A stretch of 64,000 bases of DNA from Patescibacteria group bacterium. Lineage in GTDB: Bacteria; Patescibacteriota; UBA1384; 2-12-FULL-50-11. The stretch lies in NCBI GenBank assembly GCA_016861245.1, contig BOKZ01000001.1, forward strand, positions 347,382-411,381, written 5' to 3'. Under the pieces are notes generated by a model. It searched no databases and was not told where the DNA came from. It saw only the letters and a list, made by a program, of their open reading frames with translations. The number at the start of each line of letters is the position of its first letter. Positions within the stretch are counted from its first letter, which is position 1. Below are positions 1 to 9,237 of this stretch, in pieces. A program made the translations under genes and the position numbers.

Positions 1-58
1 ACCCCGTAGGTAGTATTTTACTACGCAACAGAGTAAAAAACTAGGCTGCAGAGACTAA

Positions 59-652
59 TTATTGCACAACTGCGAACGTTGCCACTACATTCTTAATGTC
101 GTCATGCGCAGCTTGCATTTCATCTGACCAGTCTTGGCTAGACGAGTAGGCGAAAACATAATTTCCGCTCTCCCCAAACTTCGTTCCAATTGGTCCTCCA
201 TCTGGCTCAATCTTCTTCCATTCCTCTGAAGTGTAAACTGATACAGCGAATATACTTTCATAATTTGCTGAATTCACAGTTGTCTCAGTTGTTTTGTGTG
301 GCGAGGGTAGGTTGAAATAGTAAGTAGTAAGTGCGCCAGTTGTTTCGCTTGTTTTTACTTCGTAACCTTTCCATAAATCCCCAAATTTCAGGCTGAAGCC
401 ATATTTGGAATTAATGTATGTTCGCCATGTTTCTGCATTGCTAGTTTCTTTAGCTTGATTGTTAGATTCAGTGTTGGCGCTCTTTTTTTCAACTACAGGC
501 TGTGGATTATAGTCGGCAGTTTCGGGGGTATTATTGGCGTCCCAAACTAGATAGCCAAGGATGCCGATTAAGACTAGGGAAAAAACTAGTAGTACCACCT
601 TTAAACTGACTGACGCGTGCTCGCTTGGGTTGTGAATTTCGTTGAGCTCCAT
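59..652 (-). CDS. Single-pass membrane/surface protein with a PsbP-like C-terminal domain
   Basis: N-terminal TM helix, then an S/T/N/E-rich linker and a WRTYINSKYGFSLKF motif common in CPR surface proteins; shares its leader with 653..1324. Confidence 0.7.
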   Translation of the reverse strand: MELNEIHNPSEHASVSLKVVLLVFSLVLIGILGYLVWDANNTPETADYNPQPVVEKKSANTESNNQAKETSNAETWRTYINSKYGFSLKFGDLWKGYEVKTSETTGALTTYYFNLPSPHKTTETTVNSANYESIFAVSVYTSEEWKKIEPDGGPIGTKFGESGNYVFAYSSSQDWSDEMQAAHDDIKNVVATFAVVQ

Positions 653-1324
653 TTATAATACCTCCGCTTTTTCAAATAGGGTGCAGCAGGTGCAGCCGCT
701 GCCACCGTGTACTTCGTACGTTAATTTCATTATTACCGGTTTTTCGGCGGTCGAGGCGATAAATTTAGCTTGATCAGCAAGGCTCATTAATCCTCCTGTT
801 GGTTCCGGACTAGCAACGATTTTACCGCCTTCCAAACAACCGCAACCGAGCAGATAGTCAGAGCCAAGCTTGGCGTTGACGGTGTTACCTTCACCGGTAA
901 TGCCGGCTTCAATCTTTGCCTTAAAGGCGTCGTCTTTAAACTTTTTAACGGCAACGTAGGCAACATTTTTTATTATCTCTTCATCCATGCCAACGTTCTG
1001 TTCTTTGGTATGGATATAGCCACAAACAATCGTGCTAAAGTTCTCACCACCAAAGATGTCGAAGGTTTTACCCGGAATTACAGAAGCAGTGACGGTCGAG
1101 AAGTCGCAAGGGTCGGCTGAAGCTGTCTCAGCAGTGCTGTTCTGCGTTGTTGTTTCTGAGTTTTGGATTACGTTGGCGCCGTAATCGGTGTTATCTATCT
1201 CGGTATTCTGTTGATAGACTAAATACCCAAGTGTCCCGATTAATACGATCGCAAAAACCAGTAGGATCGTTTTTAAACTGACTGACGCGTGTTCGCTCGG
1301 ATTATGTATCTCGTTTAGTTGCAT
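653..1324 (-). CDS. Single-pass membrane/surface protein with a Cys-rich extracellular domain
   Basis: Same LNEIHNPSEHASVSLK leader plus TM helix; GCGC and GCTCC motifs; SD-like AGAGGGG upstream. Confidence 0.7.
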   Translation of the reverse strand: MQLNEIHNPSEHASVSLKTILLVFAIVLIGTLGYLVYQQNTEIDNTDYGANVIQNSETTTQNSTAETASADPCDFSTVTASVIPGKTFDIFGGENFSTIVCGYIHTKEQNVGMDEEIIKNVAYVAVKKFKDDAFKAKIEAGITGEGNTVNAKLGSDYLLGCGCLEGGKIVASPEPTGGLMSLADQAKFIASTAEKPVIMKLTYEVHGGSGCTCCTLFEKAEVL

Positions 1325-1392
1325 GTTCCCCTCTCTATGTATATTTATCCTAACAACTTTTTATCCCAGGTAAATACCGGTAAAAATGTAAA

Positions 1393-1421
1393 TTGACTGA
1401 GATAGTACGACGCCGTATACT
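1393..1421 (+). promoter_or_regulatory. Sigma70-type promoter for rny
   Basis: TTGACT-17 bp-TATACT. Confidence 0.7.
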
Positions 1422-1475
1422 GGCTCAAGACAATAATTATGTATTTTCAAACTATTTTACAGAAAGGAATAACTA

Positions 1476-2963
1476 ATGACGCCAATTACCATTGGGATAC
1501 TGGCGGGTTTGGGCGGAGTGGTCGCCGGATTCGTCGTTCGTCACATTTTACTCTCAAAAACACAGGAGGACTTAGACGCGAAGGGTAAGGAACTTCTCCT
1601 TAACGCCAAAGAAGAAGCTCTTAAATTAAAAGAACAAGCCAAGAAGGAAGAAGAGGAGCGCCTTAAAGAGCTTAAGCGAACTGAAGAGCAGCTCCGCGAG
1701 CGCGAGCTTTCCGTAGAACGCCGAGCTGAGAAGCTGGACGGCGATCGTGAGACGATCGAACGAGCGAACGCAGAGCTCGAAGAAACTAAAAAAGAAATTG
1801 AAGCACTGCGACAGAAGCAGGAAAAAGAGCTAGAGAAAGTTGCTAAGTTGTCTAAAGATGACGCAAAAGAGATGCTCTTAGCTGAGATCGAGAAGGATTA
1901 CTCCGCTGATATGATTCGTAAAATCCGCTCGATGAAAGAGACGATGAAGAAGCATTGGGACGCCGAGGCGAAAGAGCTAATCACGACTGCGATCGAACGA
2001 CTCGCCACCGACATGACAGCTGAAATGACCGTCAACTCCGTGCATCTACCAAACGAAGAGATTAAAGGAAAAATTATCGGTAAAGAAGGGCGTAATATCC
2101 AAGCCTTTGAGAAAGCTACTGGCGTTGATTTAGTAATCGACGAAACTCCAGAGACAGTTCTAGTTTCGAGCTTCGATCCAGTCCGCCGAGCTGTAGCGGT
2201 AAAGGCTCTTCAAGCGTTAATTAAAGACGGGCGAATTCAGCCGGCGAAAATTGAAGAGTTGGTTAAGAAGGCCCAGGACCAAATCGAAGAAGAAATCAAA
2301 GAAGCGGGAGAAGCGGCCTTGCAAGAGGTTGGTCTCGGTGGCTTCCATCCAGAGTTGGTGCGATTGCTCGGTTCAATGAAATTCCGAACGTCGTACGGCC
2401 AGAACCAACTTGCGCACGCTGTCGAAGTAACGCACATCGCTTCGGTCTTAGCCCGTGAAGTCGGCGCTGATATCAATATCACCAAAAAAGGCGCGCTGTT
2501 GCACGATATCGGTAAGGCGATTAGCCATGAGTATCCAGGCTCACACGTCGATGCCGGTGTTGAGATCGCTCGTAAATATGGGCTCGGAGAAGCCGTTGTT
2601 CACTGTATCGAAGCTAGTCACGAAGACACTGAAGCTAAATCGGTCGAAGCGATTCTTTCGCGCACCGCTGACGCTATTTCAGCAGCACGACCTGGCGCTC
2701 GTCGCGAATCGACCGAACAGTATATTAAGCGAATGACTGAGCTCGAAAACGTTGCTAACTCGTTCCCAGGCGTTCAGAAATCGTTTGCCATTCAAGCTGG
2801 TCGTGAAGTTCGCGTACTCGTTAAGCCAGAGATGATCGACGACCTGACAGCGATGAAACTAGCACGTGAGATTGCTAATAAAGTTGAGGCCGATCTTCAG
2901 TATCCTGGAACCGTTAAGGTCAACGTTATTCGTGAGACGCGCTTTGCCGAGGTTGCTCGCTAA
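1476..2963 (+). CDS. rny: Ribonuclease Y
   Basis: TM helix, coiled coil, KH domain (KGKIIGKEGRNI), HD domain (LLHDIGK), ADAISAARPGAR. Confidence 0.97.
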   Translation: MTPITIGILAGLGGVVAGFVVRHILLSKTQEDLDAKGKELLLNAKEEALKLKEQAKKEEEERLKELKRTEEQLRERELSVERRAEKLDGDRETIERANAELEETKKEIEALRQKQEKELEKVAKLSKDDAKEMLLAEIEKDYSADMIRKIRSMKETMKKHWDAEAKELITTAIERLATDMTAEMTVNSVHLPNEEIKGKIIGKEGRNIQAFEKATGVDLVIDETPETVLVSSFDPVRRAVAVKALQALIKDGRIQPAKIEELVKKAQDQIEEEIKEAGEAALQEVGLGGFHPELVRLLGSMKFRTSYGQNQLAHAVEVTHIASVLAREVGADINITKKGALLHDIGKAISHEYPGSHVDAGVEIARKYGLGEAVVHCIEASHEDTEAKSVEAILSRTADAISAARPGARRESTEQYIKRMTELENVANSFPGVQKSFAIQAGREVRVLVKPEMIDDLTAMKLAREIANKVEADLQYPGTVKVNVIRETRFAEVAR

Positions 2964-2990
2964 GCAAAGACGTGCCACGCTAGGAGGGTA

Positions 2991-3206
2991 ATGAATAAAG
3001 ACGACTTTGCCAAGAAGTTAGCTCAAAAGTCGCAGTTAACACCTGAACAAGCGACGTTGTTTGTTGACGCGTTTAGCACAGTTTTAGCTGATTACTTTAA
3101 AAAAGGTGAAAAAGTTGTAATCGCTGATTTCGGCAGTTTTTACGTCCGCGACGATAACACCGTTCAGTTTAACCCATCAGCCAAACTGAAAGACCTAATT
3201 GACTAG
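2991..3206 (+). CDS. hup: HU-family DNA-binding protein (short, no beta-arm)
   Basis: MNKDDF...KGEKVVIADFGSF...VQFNPSAKLK; strong SD AGGAGG. Confidence 0.8.
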   Translation: MNKDDFAKKLAQKSQLTPEQATLFVDAFSTVLADYFKKGEKVVIADFGSFYVRDDNTVQFNPSAKLKDLID

Positions 3207-3279
3207 TGCCCTCGGCAGGAGTTGCACCTGCGACCATTTCCTTAGGACGGAACTGCTCTATCTACTGAGCTACGAGGGC
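3207..3279 (-). tRNA. tRNA-Arg(CCT)
   Basis: Cloverleaf GCCCTCG...CGAGGGCA; anticodon loop GT-CCT-AA; atypical T-loop GGTGCAAC. Confidence 0.85.
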
Positions 3280-3292
3280 GTAATTGTATTGT

Positions 3293-3319
3293 AAAAGAAA
3301 TGGCGGGCTTGCGCCCGCC
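3293..3319 (-). terminator. Intrinsic terminator
   Basis: GGCGGGC-GCAA-GCCCGCC followed by a T-rich tail on the minus strand. Confidence 0.6.
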
Positions 3320-3324
3320 GCGGA

Positions 3325-3600
3325 TCAGACCAGTTCGGCTCTGCCGACCGGGCAGCATGTTTTCGCCCGAAGGTTAATTGCGACAATCTGGCCGCACCTG
3401 CAGCGGAAGACGGTGTCGTTCGGTCCAACTTGGCCGAGCGTCAGCGCGCCTGGGATTCTTGCAACTTCCTCGGGGTCGAGCTTCTGATACTGGTCGGGTT
3501 CTTCTTCCATACAGTTCGGACAACGAACCAATGTTTGCCTCCATGGCACGCTCGTGGTCGAGCGTTGGAACAGAGTACAGAATCCGTTAGAATACGTCAA
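3325..3600 (-). CDS. Small Cys-rich putative zinc-ribbon protein (start uncertain)
   Basis: CPNC...CRCG...CC motifs; followed by a terminator; lies between tRNA genes. Confidence 0.5.
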   Translation of the reverse strand: MTYSNGFCTLFQRSTTSVPWRQTLVRCPNCMEEEPDQYQKLDPEEVARIPGALTLGQVGPNDTVFRCRCGQIVAINLRAKTCCPVGRAELV

Positions 3601-3619
3601 GGCATCCGGGTGTTAATTT

Positions 3620-3692
3620 CGGAGTGTAGCTCAGTTGGTAGAGCACATGGCTGGGGGTCATGAGGTCGCTGGTTCGAGCCCAGTCACTCCGA
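3620..3692 (+). tRNA. tRNA-Pro(GGG)
   Basis: CGGAGTG...CACTCCGA; anticodon arm CATGG-CT GGG GG-TCATG. Confidence 0.95.
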
Positions 3693-3698
3693 CCGTTG

Positions 3699-3771
3699 CG
3701 GGTTGTGGCGCAGTTGGTAGCGCGCGTCGTTCGGGACGACGAGGTCGGCGGTTCAAGTCCGCCCAACCCGA
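3699..3771 (+). tRNA. tRNA-Pro(CGG)
   Basis: CGGGTTG...CAACCCGA; anticodon arm CGTCG-TT CGG GA-CGACG. Confidence 0.95.
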
Positions 3772-3807
3772 CAAACTGTTTGACGAAACGGTATAATCTT
3801 TTACACT

Positions 3808-4848
3808 GTGTCTATGGTTCAGAAGATAGATATTAGTACCTCGACGTTACTGCGTTTTATTCTACTTCTACTTGGAATTTGGTTTATTTATTTAATTCGC
3901 GACGTTTTAGTCCTTCTATTTCTCGTGATCATTATTGTTGCCGGGCTTTCACCAACCGTTGAACGCTGGAGCCGCGTTATCACTAGACCCGGCGCGGTAA
4001 TCTCAGTGTTTGTGCTTATTTTCCTGGGATTGGGTTTAATTTCGCTACTGTTAATCCCACCGTTCGTTGAGCAGCTTAAACAATTCAGTGCTAATTTACC
4101 GACCTACGCCGATCAGCTAAGTAATAGCGAGCAAACAGGCTTTATTAACGACGCTATTAATTTAATCGCTAAAAATATCGAGAGTCTTTCCGGTCAATTG
4201 AGCGACTTTGGCGGGACGCTTCTAACTCGAACACTCGGATTAGTAAACGGCTTAGTGGCATTTGTGACCGTACTAGTGTTAACCTTCTACTTGCTTATTG
4301 AAGAAGAAGGCGTCAAAAAGATGTACCGCGGTATGATTCCAGGCAACTGGCACGGGGCGCTGGCTGAGACCACTAGAAAAATTGCGGGCAAATTGGGTGC
4401 ATGGCTACGCGGCCAGCTCTATATGATGGCGATTATCGGATTTGCAGTGACGGTCGGCTTGCTAATTATTGGTTCGCCGTATGCGTTAACACTCGGTGTA
4501 TGGGCCGGCTTAACCGAAGTAATTCCGATCGTCGGTCCGTGGCTTGGAGCAGTGCCGGGCGTCGCCGTTGGCTTAGCTGAGTCACCGCTTCAGGGATTCT
4601 TAGCGTTGTTAGTTTACACAGTTATTCAACAGCTAGAGGGTAATATTTTGGTGCCAAAAATCATGTCCAAGGCTGTTGGTTTGAACCCGGTTATTGTTAT
4701 TATCGCGATTCTAATTGGCGGTAAACTCTACGGCCTACTTGGTGTTCTACTCTCGGTACCGCTTGCAGCAGCGATTAGCGTAATTGCTGAGGACTGGGAA
4801 GTAATTAAAGACACGTTTCTACCAGACACTGCCAGACGTCGAGCGTAA
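3808..4848 (+). CDS. AI-2E (PerM/UPF0118) family transporter
   Basis: Multi-TM; WLRGQ, IPIVGP, QQLEGNILVPKIM and GVLLSVPLAA motifs. Confidence 0.9.
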   Translation: MSMVQKIDISTSTLLRFILLLLGIWFIYLIRDVLVLLFLVIIIVAGLSPTVERWSRVITRPGAVISVFVLIFLGLGLISLLLIPPFVEQLKQFSANLPTYADQLSNSEQTGFINDAINLIAKNIESLSGQLSDFGGTLLTRTLGLVNGLVAFVTVLVLTFYLLIEEEGVKKMYRGMIPGNWHGALAETTRKIAGKLGAWLRGQLYMMAIIGFAVTVGLLIIGSPYALTLGVWAGLTEVIPIVGPWLGAVPGVAVGLAESPLQGFLALLVYTVIQQLEGNILVPKIMSKAVGLNPVIVIIAILIGGKLYGLLGVLLSVPLAAAISVIAEDWEVIKDTFLPDTARRRA

Positions 4849-4853
4849 CACGT

Positions 4854-5993
4854 ATGAAAGTAGTGGTTTGCTCACTAACCTACCCGCTCCCAAACGGAGT
4901 TACTAGCTCAATTAACGAAAGTGTTGACGGATTAATCGCGTCTGGTCATCAGGTGAGGATTATCGCTCCAGACTACGGTAAGGGCAAGGCGCGTCCAGAG
5001 CACTTTCCCGTTTCCTCCTCGGTGTTTGGCAGGGCGCTCGTTCGGTTCTTCGGCAAAAAAGAACGAATGTTCGGACTAGGCGCTGCCGCTGAAATTAAAG
5101 CGATCGTTGACGAGTTTGAGCCAGACGTTTTTTGGCTACACACCGTCAGCTGGGCACAGAATGCCTTTGAAAAGATTATGCTCGAGAGCCAATCCCGGAA
5201 GGTGTTAACGTATCACACAATGTTGGATATGTATGGGAGACTGTATTTGGGCAAACTTGGTGAGCAGGCGATGATACTACGCTCGAAAGAAGTAGCAAAC
5301 AGCGTCGACGCTGTGATTACTCCGAGTGAGTATATGAAATCGAAGCTCGTTGGCTGGGGCGTAAAAACGCCGATTAGCGTTGTAGCAACAGGGATTACTG
5401 AGCCAAAAACCAAATTGTCGCACAGCGAGTTAACGAAGAAATTTCGTTTACCGTCCAACGCCAAGGTTATGCTTTACGTCGGCCGTGTTGTAAAAGAGAA
5501 GAATATCAGCGCTCTTATTAGTATGACTAAAAAGGTCGTTAGAAAAGAGCCAAGCGCAGTTTTGGTTCTTATCGGGCCAGGTGATATTGCTGAGACGCTT
5601 GCAGAAGCGGACCGTCTGGGAATCGGTGGCCACGTAGTCTGCCCAGGGCAACTGCCACTCGAAGACGCGAAAGCCTGCTATGCTGGCGCTGACGTGTTTG
5701 TCTTCGCTTCACAGTCGGAGACACAGGGTTTGGTGATCGGTGAGGCTATGATTTCTAATACCCCAGTTGTAGCGCTGCGATCGCCGATCCAAGCTGAGGT
5801 TTATCCGGAAGATGTAGCTCGAGTTGCAGATAGTACGAACGAATTAGCCTCGATGGTTGTTGAAGTCTTAAACGACGAACCGTCGCGTAAAGACCTAACC
5901 AAACGCGCCAAAGACTACGTAACTAGCAACTTTTCAAAGGAAGTAATGCTGCAAAAACAGTTGAACGCACTAACTGTTCCGGTAAAAGTTTAA
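4854..5993 (+). CDS. Glycosyltransferase family 4 (glycolipid synthase-like)
   Basis: YPLPNGVTSS, TYHT, YVGRVVKEKN and FASQSETQGLVIGEAM motifs. Confidence 0.9.
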   Translation: MKVVVCSLTYPLPNGVTSSINESVDGLIASGHQVRIIAPDYGKGKARPEHFPVSSSVFGRALVRFFGKKERMFGLGAAAEIKAIVDEFEPDVFWLHTVSWAQNAFEKIMLESQSRKVLTYHTMLDMYGRLYLGKLGEQAMILRSKEVANSVDAVITPSEYMKSKLVGWGVKTPISVVATGITEPKTKLSHSELTKKFRLPSNAKVMLYVGRVVKEKNISALISMTKKVVRKEPSAVLVLIGPGDIAETLAEADRLGIGGHVVCPGQLPLEDAKACYAGADVFVFASQSETQGLVIGEAMISNTPVVALRSPIQAEVYPEDVARVADSTNELASMVVEVLNDEPSRKDLTKRAKDYVTSNFSKEVMLQKQLNALTVPVKV

Positions 5994-5996
5994 CTG

Positions 5997-6072
5997 TGGT
6001 GGGCAGTAGAGGACTCGAACCTCTGACCCTCTCGGTGTAAACGAGATGCTCTACCAGCTGAGCTAACTGCCC
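5997..6072 (-). tRNA. tRNA-Val(TAC), CCA encoded
   Basis: GGGCAGT...ACTGCCCACCA; anticodon arm TCTCG-TT TAC AC-CGAGA. Confidence 0.95.
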
Positions 6073-6075
6073 GTG

Positions 6076-6156
6076 TGGGCGAGGTGGGACTTGAACCCAC
6101 AAGCCTTTCGGCAGCGGATTTTAAGTCCGCCGCGTATACCGTTCCGCCACTCGCCC
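6076..6156 (-). tRNA. tRNA-Leu(TAA)
   Basis: GGGCGAG...CTCGCCCA; arm GCGGA-CT TAA AA-TCCGC; long variable arm. Confidence 0.95.
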
Positions 6157-6162
6157 GTACTA

Positions 6163-7104
6163 TTAACTACGTTTAATTTTACCTGAAAAGACGTCGTTTG
6201 TCGCGAGAAAGCCAGCCGCTTTTTTGTGTCCGCTACCGCCGAGTAACCGAGCTAACCGGCCCAAATTTATCGCCGGGTGTCGGCTGCGGAGTATCCCCCG
6301 CCAACCATTTTCTGTTTCTACGAGTACCAGAGCTACTTTTGCCTCAAGTGTTAATGCTAACAGGTTAGCAAGGCCTGCGATATCGTCGACAGTCGATTCA
6401 GCCTCTTTTAAATGAGAACTTTTAACTTGCGCTACGACGATACCAAACTTATTAATACTAATCTCTGACAAGATTCTACCCCAAAGTCGTTGTTTCGCGC
6501 GCGAGAGTTCTCGGCAGAATCCCTGGCTAATTTTATTTAATTCACCGCCGAGCCTTACGAGTTGACTCGCAGTTTTTAATGTTGCAGCTGAGGTAGTTTG
6601 ATGGTGAAAACCGCCGGTATCTGTGTAGACACCAAGCAGTAACGGCGTCGCAATATCGGGAGTAATTGGGATACGCATCTCTGTGAGTAGGCTAAACACT
6701 AACTCAGAGGTGGCGGCTGCGGACCGGTTGCTTATATGCGTTGTGGCTAATCTTTCTAAGTCTCCGCTGTTATGGTGGTCGATAACGATCAGCGTTTTTT
6801 TGTTCTTGCGCAATCGCTCGATCTGTTTCGAAAAACCGGTTCGGTGTAACTCGGCGCAGTCAACGATAACGTAGACGTCTGCTGTCGTTGGTAATAACGG
6901 TCGGGTTTCGATCGGTCCTAGTATTGAAGTAAACACCGACGGTACGGTGCTACTTGAGATTATTTCGACTTGCGAGTGCTTACTAAGAGCTCGTTGCAAA
7001 GCAACGGCGCTACCGATTGCATCGCCGTCAGGACGATGATGAACAATTACGCAAATTGAGGCAGCCGTACGCAGGATAGTCGATGCGCTCTCGGCCGGGC
7101 TCAT
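6163..7104 (-). CDS. nrnA: DHH/DHHA1 phosphoesterase (NanoRNase A-like)
   Basis: HHRPDGDAIGS, IDHH, TDTGGF and GGSGHKKAAG motifs. Confidence 0.9.
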   Translation of the reverse strand: MSPAESASTILRTAASICVIVHHRPDGDAIGSAVALQRALSKHSQVEIISSSTVPSVFTSILGPIETRPLLPTTADVYVIVDCAELHRTGFSKQIERLRKNKKTLIVIDHHNSGDLERLATTHISNRSAAATSELVFSLLTEMRIPITPDIATPLLLGVYTDTGGFHHQTTSAATLKTASQLVRLGGELNKISQGFCRELSRAKQRLWGRILSEISINKFGIVVAQVKSSHLKEAESTVDDIAGLANLLALTLEAKVALVLVETENGWRGILRSRHPAINLGRLARLLGGSGHKKAAGFLATNDVFSGKIKRS

Positions 7105-7565
7105 CCGATTTGGTAAAAGTCTCGACCCTCCACCGGCAGCGTCTGCTCGGATAATTTAACTAACGGAACTTGTTGAACTTTCATCGCTGCAGTCAACGAC
7201 TCATCGATCGTGGTATTGCTACTAGCGATAATTACTGTCGGATCGTACGCTTCAAGTAGCTCCGAAATCGAATCCTTATTTAGCTGAGTAACTTCGGTAC
7301 CGATAATAACTACGTCCGCGGATGCAAACTGACTTTTATCAAAAATCTTCGGGGATTCGGTCGAGAAAACGTAAACAGCTTGAAGTCGTTCCCAAACTAA
7401 GAGCGCTGCCCGTTCGCCGTAGACAACTTCTACGCCTTCGGCCTCGTATTCTCCTGGCGATACAATCGTTTGTTGCTGTACTATGATATTCGAGCCCTCG
7501 AGTACAGCGGTAGTTTTCTTATCGGTAATCTCGTACTTGTTGGCGTTAAGCTTAATCTGAAGCAT
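7101..7565 (-). CDS. Degenerate MBL-fold protein
   Basis: SPGEYEAEGV motif of small CPR MBL-fold proteins; no HxHxDH. Confidence 0.5.
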   Translation of the reverse strand: MLQIKLNANKYEITDKKTTAVLEGSNIIVQQQTIVSPGEYEAEGVEVVYGERAALLVWERLQAVYVFSTESPKIFDKSQFASADVVIIGTEVTQLNKDSISELLEAYDPTVIIASSNTTIDESLTAAMKVQQVPLVKLSEQTLPVEGRDFYQIG

Positions 7566-7570
7566 CAGAT

Positions 7571-8638
7571 CTAGGCGTCAGTGAGCTTTAGTGAGATTTT
7601 TCGAAGCTCGGGTTCGATCGAAATAACTTCAAAGGTGTAGGATTTACCTTCTTGAACGATCTCTTCCGGCTTGCGACCTTCGCCCATTTGAGAGACATGG
7701 AAGAGACCCTCGAGACTTTCGGAGAGTTTAACGAATGCGCCGTACGGTGTAACACGAGTTACTTCGCCCTCAACTTTACCGCCCACTTCGAGCGTTTTTA
7801 CCTCAATCTGCCACGGATCTGGCTGTAGTTTCTTAATCGAGAGCGAGACGCGACCGCCATCAACGTTTACGATCTCGGCTTCGATCTCCTGACCGACGTG
7901 GAAGTGGTCTTTTAGGTTATTAATTCGTTGCCATGAAACTTGCGAGATATGAATTAATCCCTCAAGTTCACCGATATTCACGAATAAGCCGAAATCAACA
8001 ATACCGGTAATTTTGCCGGTCACTTTTTGACCGACCTGGTAATCTTTAGCCTTCTCTTCAAGGTCGGCATCACCAGCGGCTTTTTCGGAAAAGACGATCT
8101 TGTTCGTTGGCTTATCGTAACTGATGATTTTAACTGGAATTGATTGCCCGATTAGTTCAGAAAGTTTCTGCTGAATCTTTGATCGGTCTCCATCAACTCG
8201 CGGGTAGTGTTTAAACGACAACTGTGAAACCGGGATGAATCCTTGCATGTTGCCGTACTCAGCAACGAGACCGCCCTTATTAGCTTGAATAACTTTAACA
8301 GTTATAATCTCGCCAGCGGTGTTACGCTGCTCGAGCATACTCCAGAGACGCTCTTTTTCGGCGCGCTTTAGCGACATAATCGCGTAGCCGTTATCGTTCT
8401 CGGCGTTCAAAATGTAAGCACGAACGGTGTCGCCAGCTTTCAATTTTGCTGCTTGGGCGGAGAACTCTTTTTCGGGGATGATACCAGTTGCGACACCGGC
8501 GACATCAACCATGATGCTCTCCTTCGACGTAGATAGTACGGTCACATCAAGAACATCGCCCTGTACAAACGGAACGAGCTTGTCACCCATGAGCTCAACG
8601 AGCTCGGCCATGGTGCGCGGGTTGGTAGTAGTAGACAT
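7571..8638 (-). CDS. rpsA: 30S ribosomal protein S1 (4 S1 domains)
   Basis: Repeated S1 motifs ANKGGL, GFIPVSQ, VDFGLFV, EGLIHISQ, TPYGAFV. Confidence 0.92.
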   Translation of the reverse strand: MSTTTNPRTMAELVELMGDKLVPFVQGDVLDVTVLSTSKESIMVDVAGVATGIIPEKEFSAQAAKLKAGDTVRAYILNAENDNGYAIMSLKRAEKERLWSMLEQRNTAGEIITVKVIQANKGGLVAEYGNMQGFIPVSQLSFKHYPRVDGDRSKIQQKLSELIGQSIPVKIISYDKPTNKIVFSEKAAGDADLEEKAKDYQVGQKVTGKITGIVDFGLFVNIGELEGLIHISQVSWQRINNLKDHFHVGQEIEAEIVNVDGGRVSLSIKKLQPDPWQIEVKTLEVGGKVEGEVTRVTPYGAFVKLSESLEGLFHVSQMGEGRKPEEIVQEGKSYTFEVISIEPELRKISLKLTDA

Positions 8639-8652
8639 AAACTAAAAAATCC

Positions 8653-9135
8653 TCACTTTCTCTTCTTTGGAAGATACCTGAAAAACCGTTCTTTTTCAAG
8701 ATAACTAGTCCGCATCTTAGGAGTGTTTCGCTTTAAATGCACAATTACAACCGCTAACCAAACAACCACAGTTAGGCCGGTTGCCAACAAGACGAGACGG
8801 CTTGAAGCGAAAGCGACCTGTTGAGCGCGAAAAAACCAGTACGACAACGACATAATCACTACAAACGTAACGATGCTCGAAAGCTGTTGGATCTCGAACT
8901 CATAAACTGGGGCGGTTTTGTGTGCACGCTTTAAATGAGCTCGCCAGAATAGGATAAGGGCGATACACAAAACTACACCCGCGAGGCTAACGGCGGTGTA
9001 AGCGGAACTGCTTGGTAGTCCGCTCTCAGTCCAATAGTCCCAGCTTATAATATTTTTCCAGTCGCTGGTCGGAAATTTCTGAGTTGAGAAAAAATCTTCA
9101 ATTGTTTGGAATCGGCTTGTAAAGAATTCTTTCAT
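8653..9135 (-). CDS. Hypothetical membrane protein (3 TM)
   Basis: Hydrophobic helices and C-terminal RYLPKKRK; ATG at 9135 preferred because the longer ORF runs into the tRNA-Phe trailer repeat. Confidence 0.7.
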   Translation of the reverse strand: MKEFFTSRFQTIEDFFSTQKFPTSDWKNIISWDYWTESGLPSSSAYTAVSLAGVVLCIALILFWRAHLKRAHKTAPVYEFEIQQLSSIVTFVVIMSLSYWFFRAQQVAFASSRLVLLATGLTVVVWLAVVIVHLKRNTPKMRTSYLEKERFFRYLPKKRK

Positions 9136-9146
9136 AGTTAGTTGTT

Positions 9147-9237
9147 GTGCCGAGGCAGCCAACCTGCGATGTGCCTCAGGTCAAGAATCTTCGCTACGCT
9201 CAGTTCTGACCTTCGCCACTCGCGACATTGTCGCTCG
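9147..9237 (-). repeat. tRNA-Phe 3'-linked element (inverted and direct copies of the tRNA 3' end)
   Basis: 9204-9219 is an inverted copy of the tRNA 3' end (1 mismatch); 9171-9188 and 9147-9158 are degenerate direct copies; core CTGAGCGTAGCGAAG on minus. Confidence 0.75.
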
